The notes: generated by a model not told the origin, from the letters alone. DNA of 54,852 nucleotides from Candidatus Binatia bacterium (GCA_035762645.1 DASTOD010000567.1:1-54852); one strand, 5' to 3'; numbered from the stretch's first letter, positions 45,045 through 54,023 are shown. Made by a program: numbers and translations.

Positions 45045-46126
45045 TCCGAACTGCATTCAGTGCTTCGAACTTCCACCGGCGCGTTCTTTGCGAAGGTAGC
45101 CTCGCAATGGAGCGTAACCTTCCAGAGGTTGACACCGAGTATTCGGTCGCCGGCCAGCGCCTTCACCACGCCGCGGCGACGCTGGACTTTCGCGGGCTCG
45201 ACGAACCAGAGATCGAACTCGTTCAGGAGAAGTTGGAGCAACGAGATCGTTTTCTGGAGAGCCTTGGGCTGCCGCTCAAATCCGAAGCGTATCACACGGA
45301 ACATACGTTGCCGTATGTGCTTCCTGGTGGGGCTGAGATCCTGAACCATGCGGATTTTGTCGGCACCTTCCCGGCCAAGGGCGCCGTCGTCGATTACAAG
45401 TTTGGCTTCGAGGAAGTGGACCCTCCCGACCAGAATCATCAGCTCATGGTGTACATCGGCGCCCTTGCTCAGAAAACCGTGTGTGATGAGTATTACGGGT
45501 TGATCATCCCGCGGTTCGGCCGGCCGGCGCCACCGGTCATCTATCGTCGCGACCTGATGCCCGCAGTCTGGACGCTCATCAACATGACTTACGCGAAGGC
45601 AATGGCTCCGGGAGCACGGCGGATTCCGTCATTCGACGCCTGCAGATATTGCAAGGGTCTTCAGTTGGGTGTCTGTCCCGAGGCGAGAAGTCTGGCGCTG
45701 TCGACGACGGAGGCTTCCAAGCTGATCGCCTCACCCGAGGTTGAGTTGACGAAGATGAGTCCAGAGACGCGCACCAAACTGTTTGACGCGTTCAAGCTGG
45801 CAGAAACTCTGAAAGCGCAGTTCAGTAAGGCGGCGAAAGTGCTGCTCGAAAAGGACCCGGAGTTCATTCCCGGCTACCGTCTGAGCAAGGAAGGTGAAGT
45901 CAGAACGAAGGTGACGGATTTAATCGCACTACGGGATCGCTTGAATGATTTGATGATCATGACGGATGACTTTCTGAAAATCTGTTCGATCTCGAACAAA
46001 GCCTTGAGCGCCGCTGTGCGTTCAGCAACCGGACTCAAGGGACGGGCGCTCGAAGCCAGGATAGAGCAACTGACCAAAGGTCTCGTGGATAGTACCCCCG
46101 TCGAGAGAAGTCTGGAGCGCGTATGA
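45041..46126 (+). CDS. PD-(D/E)XK, Cas4/RecB-like exonuclease (DUF2800-like)
   Basis: ATG 45041 (MIRTAFSASNFHRRVLCEGS...) chosen over the track start 44834. Has HADF...VVDYKFG nuclease motifs and a C-terminal CRYCKGLQLGVC cysteine cluster. It is the partner of recT. Confidence 0.65.
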   Translation: MIRTAFSASNFHRRVLCEGSLAMERNLPEVDTEYSVAGQRLHHAAATLDFRGLDEPEIELVQEKLEQRDRFLESLGLPLKSEAYHTEHTLPYVLPGGAEILNHADFVGTFPAKGAVVDYKFGFEEVDPPDQNHQLMVYIGALAQKTVCDEYYGLIIPRFGRPAPPVIYRRDLMPAVWTLINMTYAKAMAPGARRIPSFDACRYCKGLQLGVCPEARSLALSTTEASKLIASPEVELTKMSPETRTKLFDAFKLAETLKAQFSKAAKVLLEKDPEFIPGYRLSKEGEVRTKVTDLIALRDRLNDLMIMTDDFLKICSISNKALSAAVRSATGLKGRALEARIEQLTKGLVDSTPVERSLERV

Positions 46127-46290
46127 GCAAACTGCGTTATCTGTCGGTGCCCTTGAATCAGGTGCTCTGGATCCGTGGGCAGCCCTGCGAAATTATCGGG
46201 CGCCGCTCCATCCTTCACAACGGCGGGGCGAACACGCTCATCAAGGTCAAATGGGGCCGCCATCTGATCGAGGAGATCGCCGTCACGTAA
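46123..46290 (+). CDS. small hypothetical protein (55 aa; below the ORF-track cutoff)
   Basis: ATG 46123 overlaps the upstream TGA (ATGA). Translation is MSKLRYLSVPLNQVLWIRGQPCEIIGRRSILHNGGANTLIKVKWGRHLIEEIAVT. TAA at 46288-46290. Confidence 0.45.
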   Translation: MSKLRYLSVPLNQVLWIRGQPCEIIGRRSILHNGGANTLIKVKWGRHLIEEIAVT

Positions 46291-46314
46291 CTCGAGGAAA
46301 TGATTTTGTAATTT

Positions 46315-46665
46315 ATGGATGAGCAACAACTGATTGATCAAACGACCGAAGCTCTCGACTTGTGGGCGATGGTTGAAATCTTTGGACATACGAAGGTGGC
46401 CGGTCGCCTGACCGAGCGGAAGATCGGCGTGAACGTCATGCTGCAAGTGGACGTTCCAAAGGGTGATAAGGAATTCAGTCACTCACGTCTGTTCGGACCG
46501 GCAGCGATTTTCTCCATCAATCCGACGACGGAAGCGTGGTGTCGTAAATGGACGGCTTCGCAGGCGCAGTACGAGCGGTCGCCTTTGCCGTACGTTCCGG
46601 AAGCACCAAAGCAGCTCAATGAAGTGCAAGGACCGGATGACGATGTAACTCTATTCGACAATTGA
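46315..46665 (+). CDS. hypothetical protein (116 aa)
   Basis: ATG start. WAMVEIFGHTKVAGRLTE...VDVP...LFGPAAIFSINPTTE resembles a conserved phage protein of unknown function. This is from recall. Confidence 0.6.
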   Translation: MDEQQLIDQTTEALDLWAMVEIFGHTKVAGRLTERKIGVNVMLQVDVPKGDKEFSHSRLFGPAAIFSINPTTEAWCRKWTASQAQYERSPLPYVPEAPKQLNEVQGPDDDVTLFDN

Positions 46666-46825
46666 ACGCTTACAACCAAAACGAGAAGCCTCTGGGTCAT
46701 GCGTGCGTCAACGGGTCTGACATCTCAGCCGAAGCGTTTCCGATGTCGAGACGCCAAGCCGAAGATCAGTTGAACGCGCGTGATTCAGGGGCGTTTTAAA
46801 ACTAAAAGGTGACGCCCTTCGACCA

Positions 46826-48268
46826 ATGAGCATCGCTTACTGTTGCCTCGGCAGACTCGGCGACATCATCAACGCGTTGCCACTCGCCTGGGAGGATTCG
46901 CGCGTTGCCGGGCCCGTGCCCTGGATCGTCTCGCGCGAGTTCGCTACCGTACTTGAGGGGGTCTCGTACTGCAGGCCAGTCATTTACGACGGCGAATACT
47001 GGGATCTCCAGGGGGCCGTCCGCAAGTTCAAGGACACGTTCAGCGAGTTGCGCATCGTCCAGGCGTGGTCCTCGAACTATCCTAGTTGCGTGCTGGGGGA
47101 TTCCTTCGCGCGCTCGGCCTGGGCGCAGGTGGGCCGCGGCGGGTGGCCCGGCCGGCTGGTGTTCGACCGGCGCGACATCGACCGCGAGTTGCGCCTATGG
47201 AATTTGTTCCACGCGGCACACCTGGGGAGCGCCGATCCGATCCTGGTCGCGCTGGACTCGACTTCGAGCCCCTTCCCTCACCGCCGGCACCTTCTGGATC
47301 TGCTCCGCGCCGCCTGTGGGACGCGTGTTTGGGAACTGGATCCAAAGGCGACGAGGGTTTACGACCTCCTAGGGCTCTTCGAGCGCGCCGCTGCCCTTGT
47401 GACGGTCGACACGATGCACCTGCACCTGTCCTGGGCCGTCCCGCGGCTACCGGTCATCGCCTTGATCGCCGACCATCCGAACCGTTGGCACGGCACGGCC
47501 TGCCGGCCGAATCAGGCCTTTCGGGCCCGCTACAAGGAATATCCGGCGAAAGCTCAGGAACTCATGGCAGCGGTCGCCGTCGCCATCGGTGGGAAAACCT
47601 GCCCACGACTCATTCATTGCTGGTCCGATTACGAGCGAAGCGCGGGTGCTAAATCGCGTCACGGTATGGCGTTGGGAAGCTGGACCGTCGAGAAGAATCG
47701 TCGACATGAAGTTTGGGATAGTGTGCCCACAAGCGGCAAAGGCAGTCTGTTCGAAGGGCGCCTGCTGCATTCCGTGAAGTCCATTCTGGACTCCGGCCTC
47801 GCCGCAGCACGCAGCGACGACGATCTACTGGTCCTGACCAACGATGACACGGGCTTTGTGCCCGGGATCACGGAAAGCCTCCTCGAGGTTGCCTCCTGGC
47901 CGTTGCCAGCGTGCTACGCGCACCGGATGGATGTCGACCGAAGCGACGGTGCACTGTCGAGCACGATCGACGGTGGCGCCTACCCTGGCGTTGATCTCTT
48001 TGCCATGGGTGTAAGACTTTGGAAAGAGTGGCGAAAGGAGTTCCCCGAGTGCGTTGTGGGCGCCGAACAATGGGATCTGGCGATGCTGGCCTTGATGCGG
48101 CGCGTCGGGGCCATCGAACTGCCCGGGATCATCTGGCATCAGGCGCATCATCCCGCATGGGTGGGTCCGAATGCGCACAAGGCCAACCAGTTCAACCGCC
48201 GGGCATGCGGGTTGTGGTTCGCGAAGCTGGGGGTGACGGCCGACCAGGTGATCGAAGGACTAGTATGA
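46826..48268 (+). CDS. two-domain glycosyltransferase (GT9/heptosyltransferase-like N-terminus, GT-A-like C-terminus)
   Basis: The N-terminus has LGRLGDIINALPLA and VTVDTMHLHLSWAVPRLPVIAL, typical of GT9. The C-terminal half has DDDLLVLTNDDTGF, which is DxD-like. Confidence 0.6.
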   Translation: MSIAYCCLGRLGDIINALPLAWEDSRVAGPVPWIVSREFATVLEGVSYCRPVIYDGEYWDLQGAVRKFKDTFSELRIVQAWSSNYPSCVLGDSFARSAWAQVGRGGWPGRLVFDRRDIDRELRLWNLFHAAHLGSADPILVALDSTSSPFPHRRHLLDLLRAACGTRVWELDPKATRVYDLLGLFERAAALVTVDTMHLHLSWAVPRLPVIALIADHPNRWHGTACRPNQAFRARYKEYPAKAQELMAAVAVAIGGKTCPRLIHCWSDYERSAGAKSRHGMALGSWTVEKNRRHEVWDSVPTSGKGSLFEGRLLHSVKSILDSGLAAARSDDDLLVLTNDDTGFVPGITESLLEVASWPLPACYAHRMDVDRSDGALSSTIDGGAYPGVDLFAMGVRLWKEWRKEFPECVVGAEQWDLAMLALMRRVGAIELPGIIWHQAHHPAWVGPNAHKANQFNRRACGLWFAKLGVTADQVIEGLV

Positions 48269-48615
48269 TCCGAACCTTCAAATGCAATTTCGGGAAGGAC
48301 GTCGGATGCAGCGTCGAGATTGACGACACCCCGCCAGCGGTGACCAGCGAATATAGCCAGATGGCGGCGCGCAAGGTCGAGTGGACGGGAAAACCGACGG
48401 CGGCCGTCATGCGTCCGTACGTCGGGTGGATGAACTCGGTCAATCAACAGATGGCTAACGAATGGGGACGCAAACTCATGCACGTGTTCATGTTCGACAA
48501 GCTGGGCCAGTCATTCGAAATTTGGGCCTACGAACCTCACGTGCCGGCAATACTGGTGGCCCGTCACAATGTTCCTGGGCTTCCGGACAAGAAACCGACA
48601 AGGGAAAAACGATGA
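48265..48615 (+). CDS. hypothetical protein (116 aa)
   Basis: ATG 48265 overlaps the upstream TGA (ATGA). Confidence 0.6.
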   Translation: MIRTFKCNFGKDVGCSVEIDDTPPAVTSEYSQMAARKVEWTGKPTAAVMRPYVGWMNSVNQQMANEWGRKLMHVFMFDKLGQSFEIWAYEPHVPAILVARHNVPGLPDKKPTREKR

Positions 48616-48857
48616 ATCTTGCACTTTCCACGGTGCCAAAATTGATTCGCGAGCGGGATGTTAGAGAGCCTTCGTTCGTTGTTCGTAAGAGCGATGGCCA
48701 AATCGGTCAGGTATTGGACCAGGCTTTCGACGGCTGGCTGTATGTCATTTGGGATCATCCCGCTTGGGATCGCACTTGGCAAACGTCATTCATCAACCCA
48801 AATGCCGTCATCTGGATTCGGCCCGCGAGCCACCGGCGCAGAAAGGCAATCGGATGA
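48612..48857 (+). CDS. hypothetical protein (81 aa)
   Basis: ATGA overlap at 48612. Confidence 0.6.
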   Translation: MNLALSTVPKLIRERDVREPSFVVRKSDGQIGQVLDQAFDGWLYVIWDHPAWDRTWQTSFINPNAVIWIRPASHRRRKAIG

Positions 48858-49081
48858 TCAATCGAGACTGGAAGGAACCCTGGGTTGATCGGATGGGTCT
48901 GGTCGTTGCGCTGAGTGGCGAGGACCGATTCACGCATTTGCAGCGGCTCAAACGGGACATGGCGCCGCTCGCGCCGGAGCAACAAGCGGAGCTTCGCGAG
49001 TGCTTCCGGCAACGCTTCACACCCAGCAACGGAGTTGATGGCTGTCAAAGTGCAACTCAGGCAGTTAGGGAGGTTATGTGA
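48854..49081 (+). CDS. hypothetical protein (75 aa)
   Basis: ATGA overlap at 48854. Confidence 0.6.
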   Translation: MINRDWKEPWVDRMGLVVALSGEDRFTHLQRLKRDMAPLAPEQQAELRECFRQRFTPSNGVDGCQSATQAVREVM

Positions 49082-49668
49082 TCGAGAAGTGGGGCTGCTA
49101 TACGCAACCAGAACCGGTTTGGAAAGGCATACCTGGCTTCTTCGACTTCCAGGACGTTTATAACGAAATCGCCGACTGGGCTCAGGACGGCTTTACTCTG
49201 GTTGAAGTCGGTTCATTCCTCGGCCGCTCAGCCTGTTATCTGGGCGAGCAACTGCAGGCGCGGGGCAAGCGCGTCACTCTGATCTGTGTCGATACCTGGC
49301 CCGCGGCGTACAACTGGGGTCCGGAGCATTTTCCACAGCTCGTCATCGAGTCGCCTTTCGAGACGTTCTATGCAAACGTGCGGCAGTCCGGGTTGCTCGG
49401 TACGATCGTACCTATACGGGCTTCATCTGCACGGGCTTCAGACTTCATCAAAGATGGTCTGGACTTCGTTTACATCGACGCCGGCCACGATTATCCGAAC
49501 ATCGCGAATGACATTTCGGTTTGGCTTCCAAAGGTGCGCTCCGGCGGGATCCTGGCTGGCCACGACTACAACCTGGAGAGCTTCCCCGGGGTGGTGCAGG
49601 CGGTCAACGAGTCGTTCGGACCTGATCAACGTGAGATCCGCGGGGCTTCCTGGGTGGTGAAATTATGA
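49078..49668 (+). CDS. class I SAM-dependent methyltransferase (Methyltransf_24/CmcI-like)
   Basis: GTG 49078 with a GGGAGG RBS. LVEVGSFLGRSACYL (motif I), DFVYIDAGHDY and GGILAGHDY. Confidence 0.7.
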   Translation: MIEKWGCYTQPEPVWKGIPGFFDFQDVYNEIADWAQDGFTLVEVGSFLGRSACYLGEQLQARGKRVTLICVDTWPAAYNWGPEHFPQLVIESPFETFYANVRQSGLLGTIVPIRASSARASDFIKDGLDFVYIDAGHDYPNIANDISVWLPKVRSGGILAGHDYNLESFPGVVQAVNESFGPDQREIRGASWVVKL

Positions 49669-49801
49669 GAAACGCTCCAGAATCGCCCAGGACGCGCCGG
49701 GGGGCTATCATACCGCACCCCCCACCCTTCCGATTGCAGGGCGCCCATGCAGCGGAAGCGGGCTGCGGCAAATCCTGGAGCCACCCCCTTTTCCAAAACC
49801 T

Positions 49802-50584
49802 ATGAAATGGCAATCCCTGACCATCGTCTGCAACGAGGCGCCCTGGATCGAGGTTCAGGTCCGCTCACTCCTGGACCAGTTCGACCGGGTGGTCGTCGTC
49901 GATGGCGCCGCGGCCGGCGACACCGGGGGCGCCGGCGACGGGCACAACCTGACCGGAGGCCTCCATCATTCGACCGATGGCACGGTCGAGATCCTTCAAC
50001 GCCTCGAGCGCGAGGTCCCGAAGCTCAAGGTGGTTTACGCTCCGGCGGGCGGGTGGCTCAACAAAACTGCCATGTGCAACGCTGGCCTGTTCCACATGGA
50101 ACCGGGCTGGATCGTCCAGCGCGACGTCGACGAGTTCTTCGCTCCGACGGCTTTTCAGCTTCTGAAATGGCTGGTCGACGACTCGGATTACACCGACGTT
50201 GAGTTTTTCGCGTATCATTTCTGGGGCGATCGTCGGCATTACATGCGGCTCTCGCGCGAGATCTGGGGCAACGTGATTCCATGGCGCCGTGTGTTTCGCT
50301 GGCAGGGCGAGCCCTGGGCGTCTCACGAGCCGCCGCGGTTCAAACGCAAGACCGCCGAGAAGTTGCTGACGATGGAAGAGACGCGGGCCCTCGGAATCAT
50401 CCTCTGGCATTACAGCTATTGCGACCTGGGCCAGTTGCGAAAAAAGGAAATCTTCTACGGGATCCAGGGGCAGCTCGTCCCGACCGTCGAGCAGTGGCGC
50501 AAGGATCCGAAGTCAATCCCGAAGAATGCGGACCTCGAGGAGTTCAACGGACTCCATCCAGTCAAGCTGCCGGTGGTGGACTAG
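49802..50584 (+). CDS. family-2-like (GT-A) glycosyltransferase
   Basis: SLTIVCNEAPWIE...VVVVDGAA...STDGT...QRDVDEFF gives a GT2-like N-terminal signature with a DxD. Confidence 0.65.
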   Translation: MKWQSLTIVCNEAPWIEVQVRSLLDQFDRVVVVDGAAAGDTGGAGDGHNLTGGLHHSTDGTVEILQRLEREVPKLKVVYAPAGGWLNKTAMCNAGLFHMEPGWIVQRDVDEFFAPTAFQLLKWLVDDSDYTDVEFFAYHFWGDRRHYMRLSREIWGNVIPWRRVFRWQGEPWASHEPPRFKRKTAEKLLTMEETRALGIILWHYSYCDLGQLRKKEIFYGIQGQLVPTVEQWRKDPKSIPKNADLEEFNGLHPVKLPVVD

Positions 50585-50997
50585 TTTTCGGGGAGTGCGC
50601 TTGAGGTAGTCCAGGCGATCCGGATCCCGGAAAAGGGCAGGCCGTGCTGGGCGTCAAACCAGGCTTTCAGTGACTCATAGCAGTTGAAGCCATCCTGACG
50701 GGCGTACTCCTCTGTCTGTTCAACCGAGAGCCAAAGATGATTGACGTGGTGCGCGTGGAAATCGAAATCAGCCCGCATGATCCTCCAGCGCCCTACAGAA
50801 ACCCATTCCACCTGAGAGATGACTCCCCGGCCAATCTCCCGTTGCTTCGAGCGATACGGGCGACCGGTCCAGACGCGCAGACTGATCAATTCACCGATCC
50901 GCGGCAGGCGCCCTCGCGGGAAGGGCCGGATGGTCGATGTCTTCCGGCCGCTCGCGATGGCCTCCGCAAACTCCGGTTTGAACAGCTTCACGATCAC
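50581..50997 (-). CDS. ASCH (PUA-like) domain protein
   Basis: GTG 50997 overlaps the upstream stop (GTGA), with AAGGAG 5 nt upstream. FKPEFAEAIASGRKTSTIRP...GELISLRV resembles the ASCH N-terminal motif. Confidence 0.6.
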   Translation of the reverse strand: MIVKLFKPEFAEAIASGRKTSTIRPFPRGRLPRIGELISLRVWTGRPYRSKQREIGRGVISQVEWVSVGRWRIMRADFDFHAHHVNHLWLSVEQTEEYARQDGFNCYESLKAWFDAQHGLPFSGIRIAWTTSSALPEN

Positions 50998-51626
50998 GCC
51001 CACTCCTTCATGCCTTCGAAGCGCAACCGCTGTGATTGATTCGCTAGCGCCGTCAATTCCAGTCCTTCACTGCGAAGCCACGCGTGCAATTCGTGCTCCA
51101 GGTGAAAGGCGACGTGAGAGTAGGCGTGTTTGACAATGCGGAAGCGGTAGTCCCTCGGCTCTTTTGGTTCCCAGACGTGCAGATAAAACGGACAGTGCAA
51201 TTCGTAGAGCCCGTCAATCTTCGCTCCGGGCCGCAATTCGAAGACACGCAGCGGAATCACAAACTCCACCCCGCCGTCGGCTCGCGCATCGTTGTGATCA
51301 AAAAACCAGAGGCGCCCCTCCTTTTGTTCGGTCGTCGCCAGCAAATCCGCGTGCGCAACACCAGGGTTCAGACTGCCCGAGTACGACAGATACCCGGAGC
51401 CCAGATAATAACTTCCGTTCTCCGTCCCTCCGGTCTGAATGTGATCTCCCCAGTCATGGGTAAAACGCGTCCACGACGGCAGACGCGGATGCAAGGCCGG
51501 CAACCGGAGAAAGTCGCCCACACGTGCTCTAGGTCGCGCGTCGAATTTCTCAACTCGTGTTTTCAAGATTTCGAGGTTGCGCGGATCTTTCGCGCGCTCC
51601 AGACGGGGATCAGAAAACGTGTTCAT
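50994..51626 (-). CDS. hypothetical protein (210 aa)
   Basis: ATG start. Same operon. Confidence 0.6.
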   Translation of the reverse strand: MNTFSDPRLERAKDPRNLEILKTRVEKFDARPRARVGDFLRLPALHPRLPSWTRFTHDWGDHIQTGGTENGSYYLGSGYLSYSGSLNPGVAHADLLATTEQKEGRLWFFDHNDARADGGVEFVIPLRVFELRPGAKIDGLYELHCPFYLHVWEPKEPRDYRFRIVKHAYSHVAFHLEHELHAWLRSEGLELTALANQSQRLRFEGMKEWA

Positions 51627-51858
51627 AGCGTCCTTCCTTTTCGTTGTAGGTCGGCAGTTCGATTTTGCCAGCCACTCGCCGGCATTTGAGCCACTGGGCC
51701 AACCGCCAGCGAAACTTATTGGTGCGTTCGTGGCGATACAGACGAAGGAGTCGAATCACCGGGCAATTCGCTTCCAGTTCGTTGGCCAGACTCCAAGTGT
51801 AAACGTGTACCCGGGCGACCGGTCGGTTCATCCACCGATGGAATGCAGTCGTGCTCAT
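51610..51858 (-). CDS. hypothetical protein (82 aa)
   Basis: ATG 51858 overlaps the upstream stop (ATGA). Confidence 0.5.
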   Translation of the reverse strand: MSTTAFHRWMNRPVARVHVYTWSLANELEANCPVIRLLRLYRHERTNKFRWRLAQWLKCRRVAGKIELPTYNEKEGRYEHVF

Positions 51859-52502
51859 GGCATCATCTCCCCCGCTTCAATCGCGCTCAGCATCGCGCGC
51901 AGATTGTTCCGATGTTCCTTGGCCAGCCGCACGTACGCTTCCGCCGGCTTCCCGTTCAATCCCTCCTTGTCCGCAATCTCCCGGGCCCGTGTCGCAAACG
52001 CCCCGGCGAGATCCCGCCGCGAGAGTTCAATTCGAATGCACCGGCTGAGCAGCGGATTGGCGTCGTCGCTCTCGAAGAGCAAATCGGCCTGTCCCTCGTT
52101 CGTCGTCGTGAACACCCAGGCCACGTGTCCAGGAATCCGTTCGAGCGTGACGAGTACCTGCCGAACCGAATCCTTCCGCAGACCGTGCGCCTCATTCACG
52201 ATGAACACCCGCCCGTTGCGTTGCCCCATTCCGAGTGTCGCGCAATCCCTTTCCAGTTCGCGCACCCTTTGCGGCGTCATCTCGCCCGCGTCCAATTCCA
52301 CGACGTTCCAATCATCCGCCATGTCGCGGGCGAGCAGTTTCGCGATGGTCGTTTTGCCGGTCCCTGACTGGCCGGCAATCCAATACGCCCGGCCGCCAAA
52401 CCCGCCGGCCTGGCGCACCGTCAGCAACCGGTTGACCGCCTTGTCCTGCGCGACGACTTCTGCCCAGGTTCCCGGGCGATACTTTTCGAAGAGTGGTTTC
52501 AT
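51855..52502 (-). CDS. AAA+ ATPase, clamp-loader (RFC/DnaX)-like
   Basis: ATG 52502 ([23 protein letters not shown]...). Walker A is GQSGTGKTT, Walker B is VFIVNEAH and the sensor-like segment is VFTTTN. Confidence 0.8.
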   Translation of the reverse strand: MKPLFEKYRPGTWAEVVAQDKAVNRLLTVRQAGGFGGRAYWIAGQSGTGKTTIAKLLARDMADDWNVVELDAGEMTPQRVRELERDCATLGMGQRNGRVFIVNEAHGLRKDSVRQVLVTLERIPGHVAWVFTTTNEGQADLLFESDDANPLLSRCIRIELSRRDLAGAFATRAREIADKEGLNGKPAEAYVRLAKEHRNNLRAMLSAIEAGEMMP

Positions 52503-52579
52503 GCTGTCCTTTGTGGTTTGAGTGTTGCTTCCATGCCCCGCAACTCTCCTCCTCATCGGAACGTGTGTCAAACATTTTG

Positions 52580-52608
52580 TTGACACTCAGACAGTGAGGC
52601 TTTACTGT
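52580..52608 (+). promoter_or_regulatory. sigma70-like promoter TTGACA-N17-TACTGT overlapping two inverted repeats
   Basis: TTGACA at 52580-52585 and TACTGT at 52603-52608. The inverted repeats are GTGTCAA (52565-71)/TTGACAC (52580-86) and GACAGT (52590-95)/ACTGTC (52604-09), each with an 8-nt spacer. Host sigma specificity is unknown. Confidence 0.35.
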
Positions 52609-52658
52609 CCAATCCAGTCAGGGGAATGAACCCCCGACCGAACCACGAAGGACAAGTC

Positions 52659-52832
52659 ATGCAAGCCGAAGTCAAAAACGGAAACCTCATCATCACCCTC
52701 CCGATCTCGCCCAGACCATCGAAAACGGGCAAGACCATCGTCGTCGCCGGCACGGCCGGTTTCGCCCAAACCCTCGCCACCCATGACGGAAAGCAAATCT
52801 CAGTCTCCGTCAACGCCACCATCCCAAACTGA
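52659..52832 (+). CDS. small hypothetical protein (57 aa)
   Basis: ATG 52659 has GAAGGA 7 nt upstream. The track start at 52626 lacks a spaced RBS. Confidence 0.5.
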   Translation: MQAEVKNGNLIITLPISPRPSKTGKTIVVAGTAGFAQTLATHDGKQISVSVNATIPN

Positions 52833-52865
52833 CGAGCGCAAAGAGCGCGAAACCTTGAAACAACT

Positions 52866-53084
52866 ATGCGAACAAAACCCTACGTCGGATTCCGAGCTGG
52901 CAAGCGGCCAGTAGTCTTTCGGGCCACTGCAACACCCACCGAGGCCAGCCACGGCAACCTCTATCTCGCGGTCATGGGTCCGTTTCGGACGGTCCGGGCA
53001 GCGCGCCTTACGGCCCGGACACACCCTAACCCGCATATCTATCACGTAACGGACGCGGAGCGAATCGCGGAAAGGAAAGTATGA
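52866..53084 (+). CDS. hypothetical protein (72 aa)
   Basis: ATG start, followed by a terminator about 100 nt downstream. Confidence 0.5.
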   Translation: MRTKPYVGFRAGKRPVVFRATATPTEASHGNLYLAVMGPFRTVRAARLTARTHPNPHIYHVTDAERIAERKV

Positions 53085-53183
53085 ACCATCGACGAGGGGC
53101 GCAGAACGCACCCGCTCGGCCACAACCTCACGTCGAAATCTTCCCCTGGATTGCTCTCGACTGAACGAATCCTTCCCTCCCTC

Positions 53184-53216
53184 AAAACGCGCTCCTTGAC
53201 CTCGAGCGCGTTTTTT
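53184..53216 (+). terminator. intrinsic terminator
   Basis: AAAACGCGCTC-(9-nt loop)-GAGCGCGTTTTTT. The G+C-rich stem is 7 bp (53188-94 with 53204-10), extendable by A/T pairs, and is followed by T6. Confidence 0.6.
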
Positions 53217-53235
53217 CGTTCCATTCCCCCATCAA

Positions 53236-53658
53236 ATGTTCAAAGCCGCTACAGTGACTCGAAAAACTTTGGACGGCGGAACCAAAAGTTATCCGCCCCC
53301 TCGCAAACGTAATCGGCCCGGTTTCATCCGCGACGCCGTTGAAATGCAAGAAGTTCTTCGCAACATCGTCATTCAAACCGAACCCAATGGTAACTTGAAG
53401 CCAGCTTGCGCTCGCGACAAGGCGGCCTGCGCACGTGCCTGGGATGTTCTCCAGGAGCGCATCCGTATCCTGCGCGGTCAGCCTCTCCCTGGGCAACTCA
53501 GACCGGATGCGAATGTCCAGGTCCGCGGCAAGGGCAAGCGCCGTCCACGCCTTGAGCCGATGACGGCGCCTGTCACACCGCTACAGGTTGTGCCGCATTC
53601 TAGCGCGCCGTCGGATAACACTGGCGAAACGGACGCCAAACAGGCATCAAACGCCTGA
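53236..53658 (+). CDS. hypothetical basic protein (140 aa)
   Basis: ATG start directly after the terminator. Confidence 0.5.
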   Translation: MFKAATVTRKTLDGGTKSYPPPRKRNRPGFIRDAVEMQEVLRNIVIQTEPNGNLKPACARDKAACARAWDVLQERIRILRGQPLPGQLRPDANVQVRGKGKRRPRLEPMTAPVTPLQVVPHSSAPSDNTGETDAKQASNA

Positions 53659-53919
53659 CTGGCTGGCCGGATCTCCAATCCAGCTGAAGTAAAGACTTCT
53701 CACATTGTGCGAAACCCGGCGTGATCTCGCGCTCGGTGGCGATCCCTAGGTTCCGCTCCTTCACCCCCGTTTGCCAGCTGTTTGCCCGCGGTGACCACGC
53801 GAAAAATTGTGCTCTCAGACCAGACCGTCCCCACACCACCGGCCTGGCACCCCCGCTGCCGGGCTCCATCGTATCAATGAGGCTCCATTTTTGCTGGACC
53901 TGTAGTTTGGAAAACAATT

Positions 53920-53948
53920 GTCCGGGACATTGAGGGACAGTCCGGGAC
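53920..53948. repeat. GTCCGGGAC x2 (20-bp period) containing GGGAC x3 at 10-bp phasing
   Basis: GGGAC at 53924-28, 53934-38 and 53944-48. GTCC-G-GGAC is itself a 4-1-4 inverted repeat. Confidence 0.6.
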
Positions 53949-54023
53949 GCGAAATTGATCAGGGATTGGAGGAGGAGGAGGGCGATCGGAGCGAGCTTTT
54001 GGGTCTGAAGTTGGGCATGGGCT

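Noticed and set aside
46666-46825. 160-nt gap before the glycosyltransferase cluster, with a 24-codon ORF (MRASTGLTSQPKRF...) and a GGGCGT/ACGCCC 6-bp stem with a 17-nt loop.
   Set aside because: The ORF is too short and lacks an RBS, and the hairpin is weak. The gap probably holds a promoter, but I could not identify convincing -35/-10 elements.
49699-49723. G6...C6 hairpin in the 133-nt gap before the GT2 gene.
   Set aside because: A stem made only of homopolymer G:C, with no U-tract and no second supporting element. Not enough to call a terminator or riboswitch.
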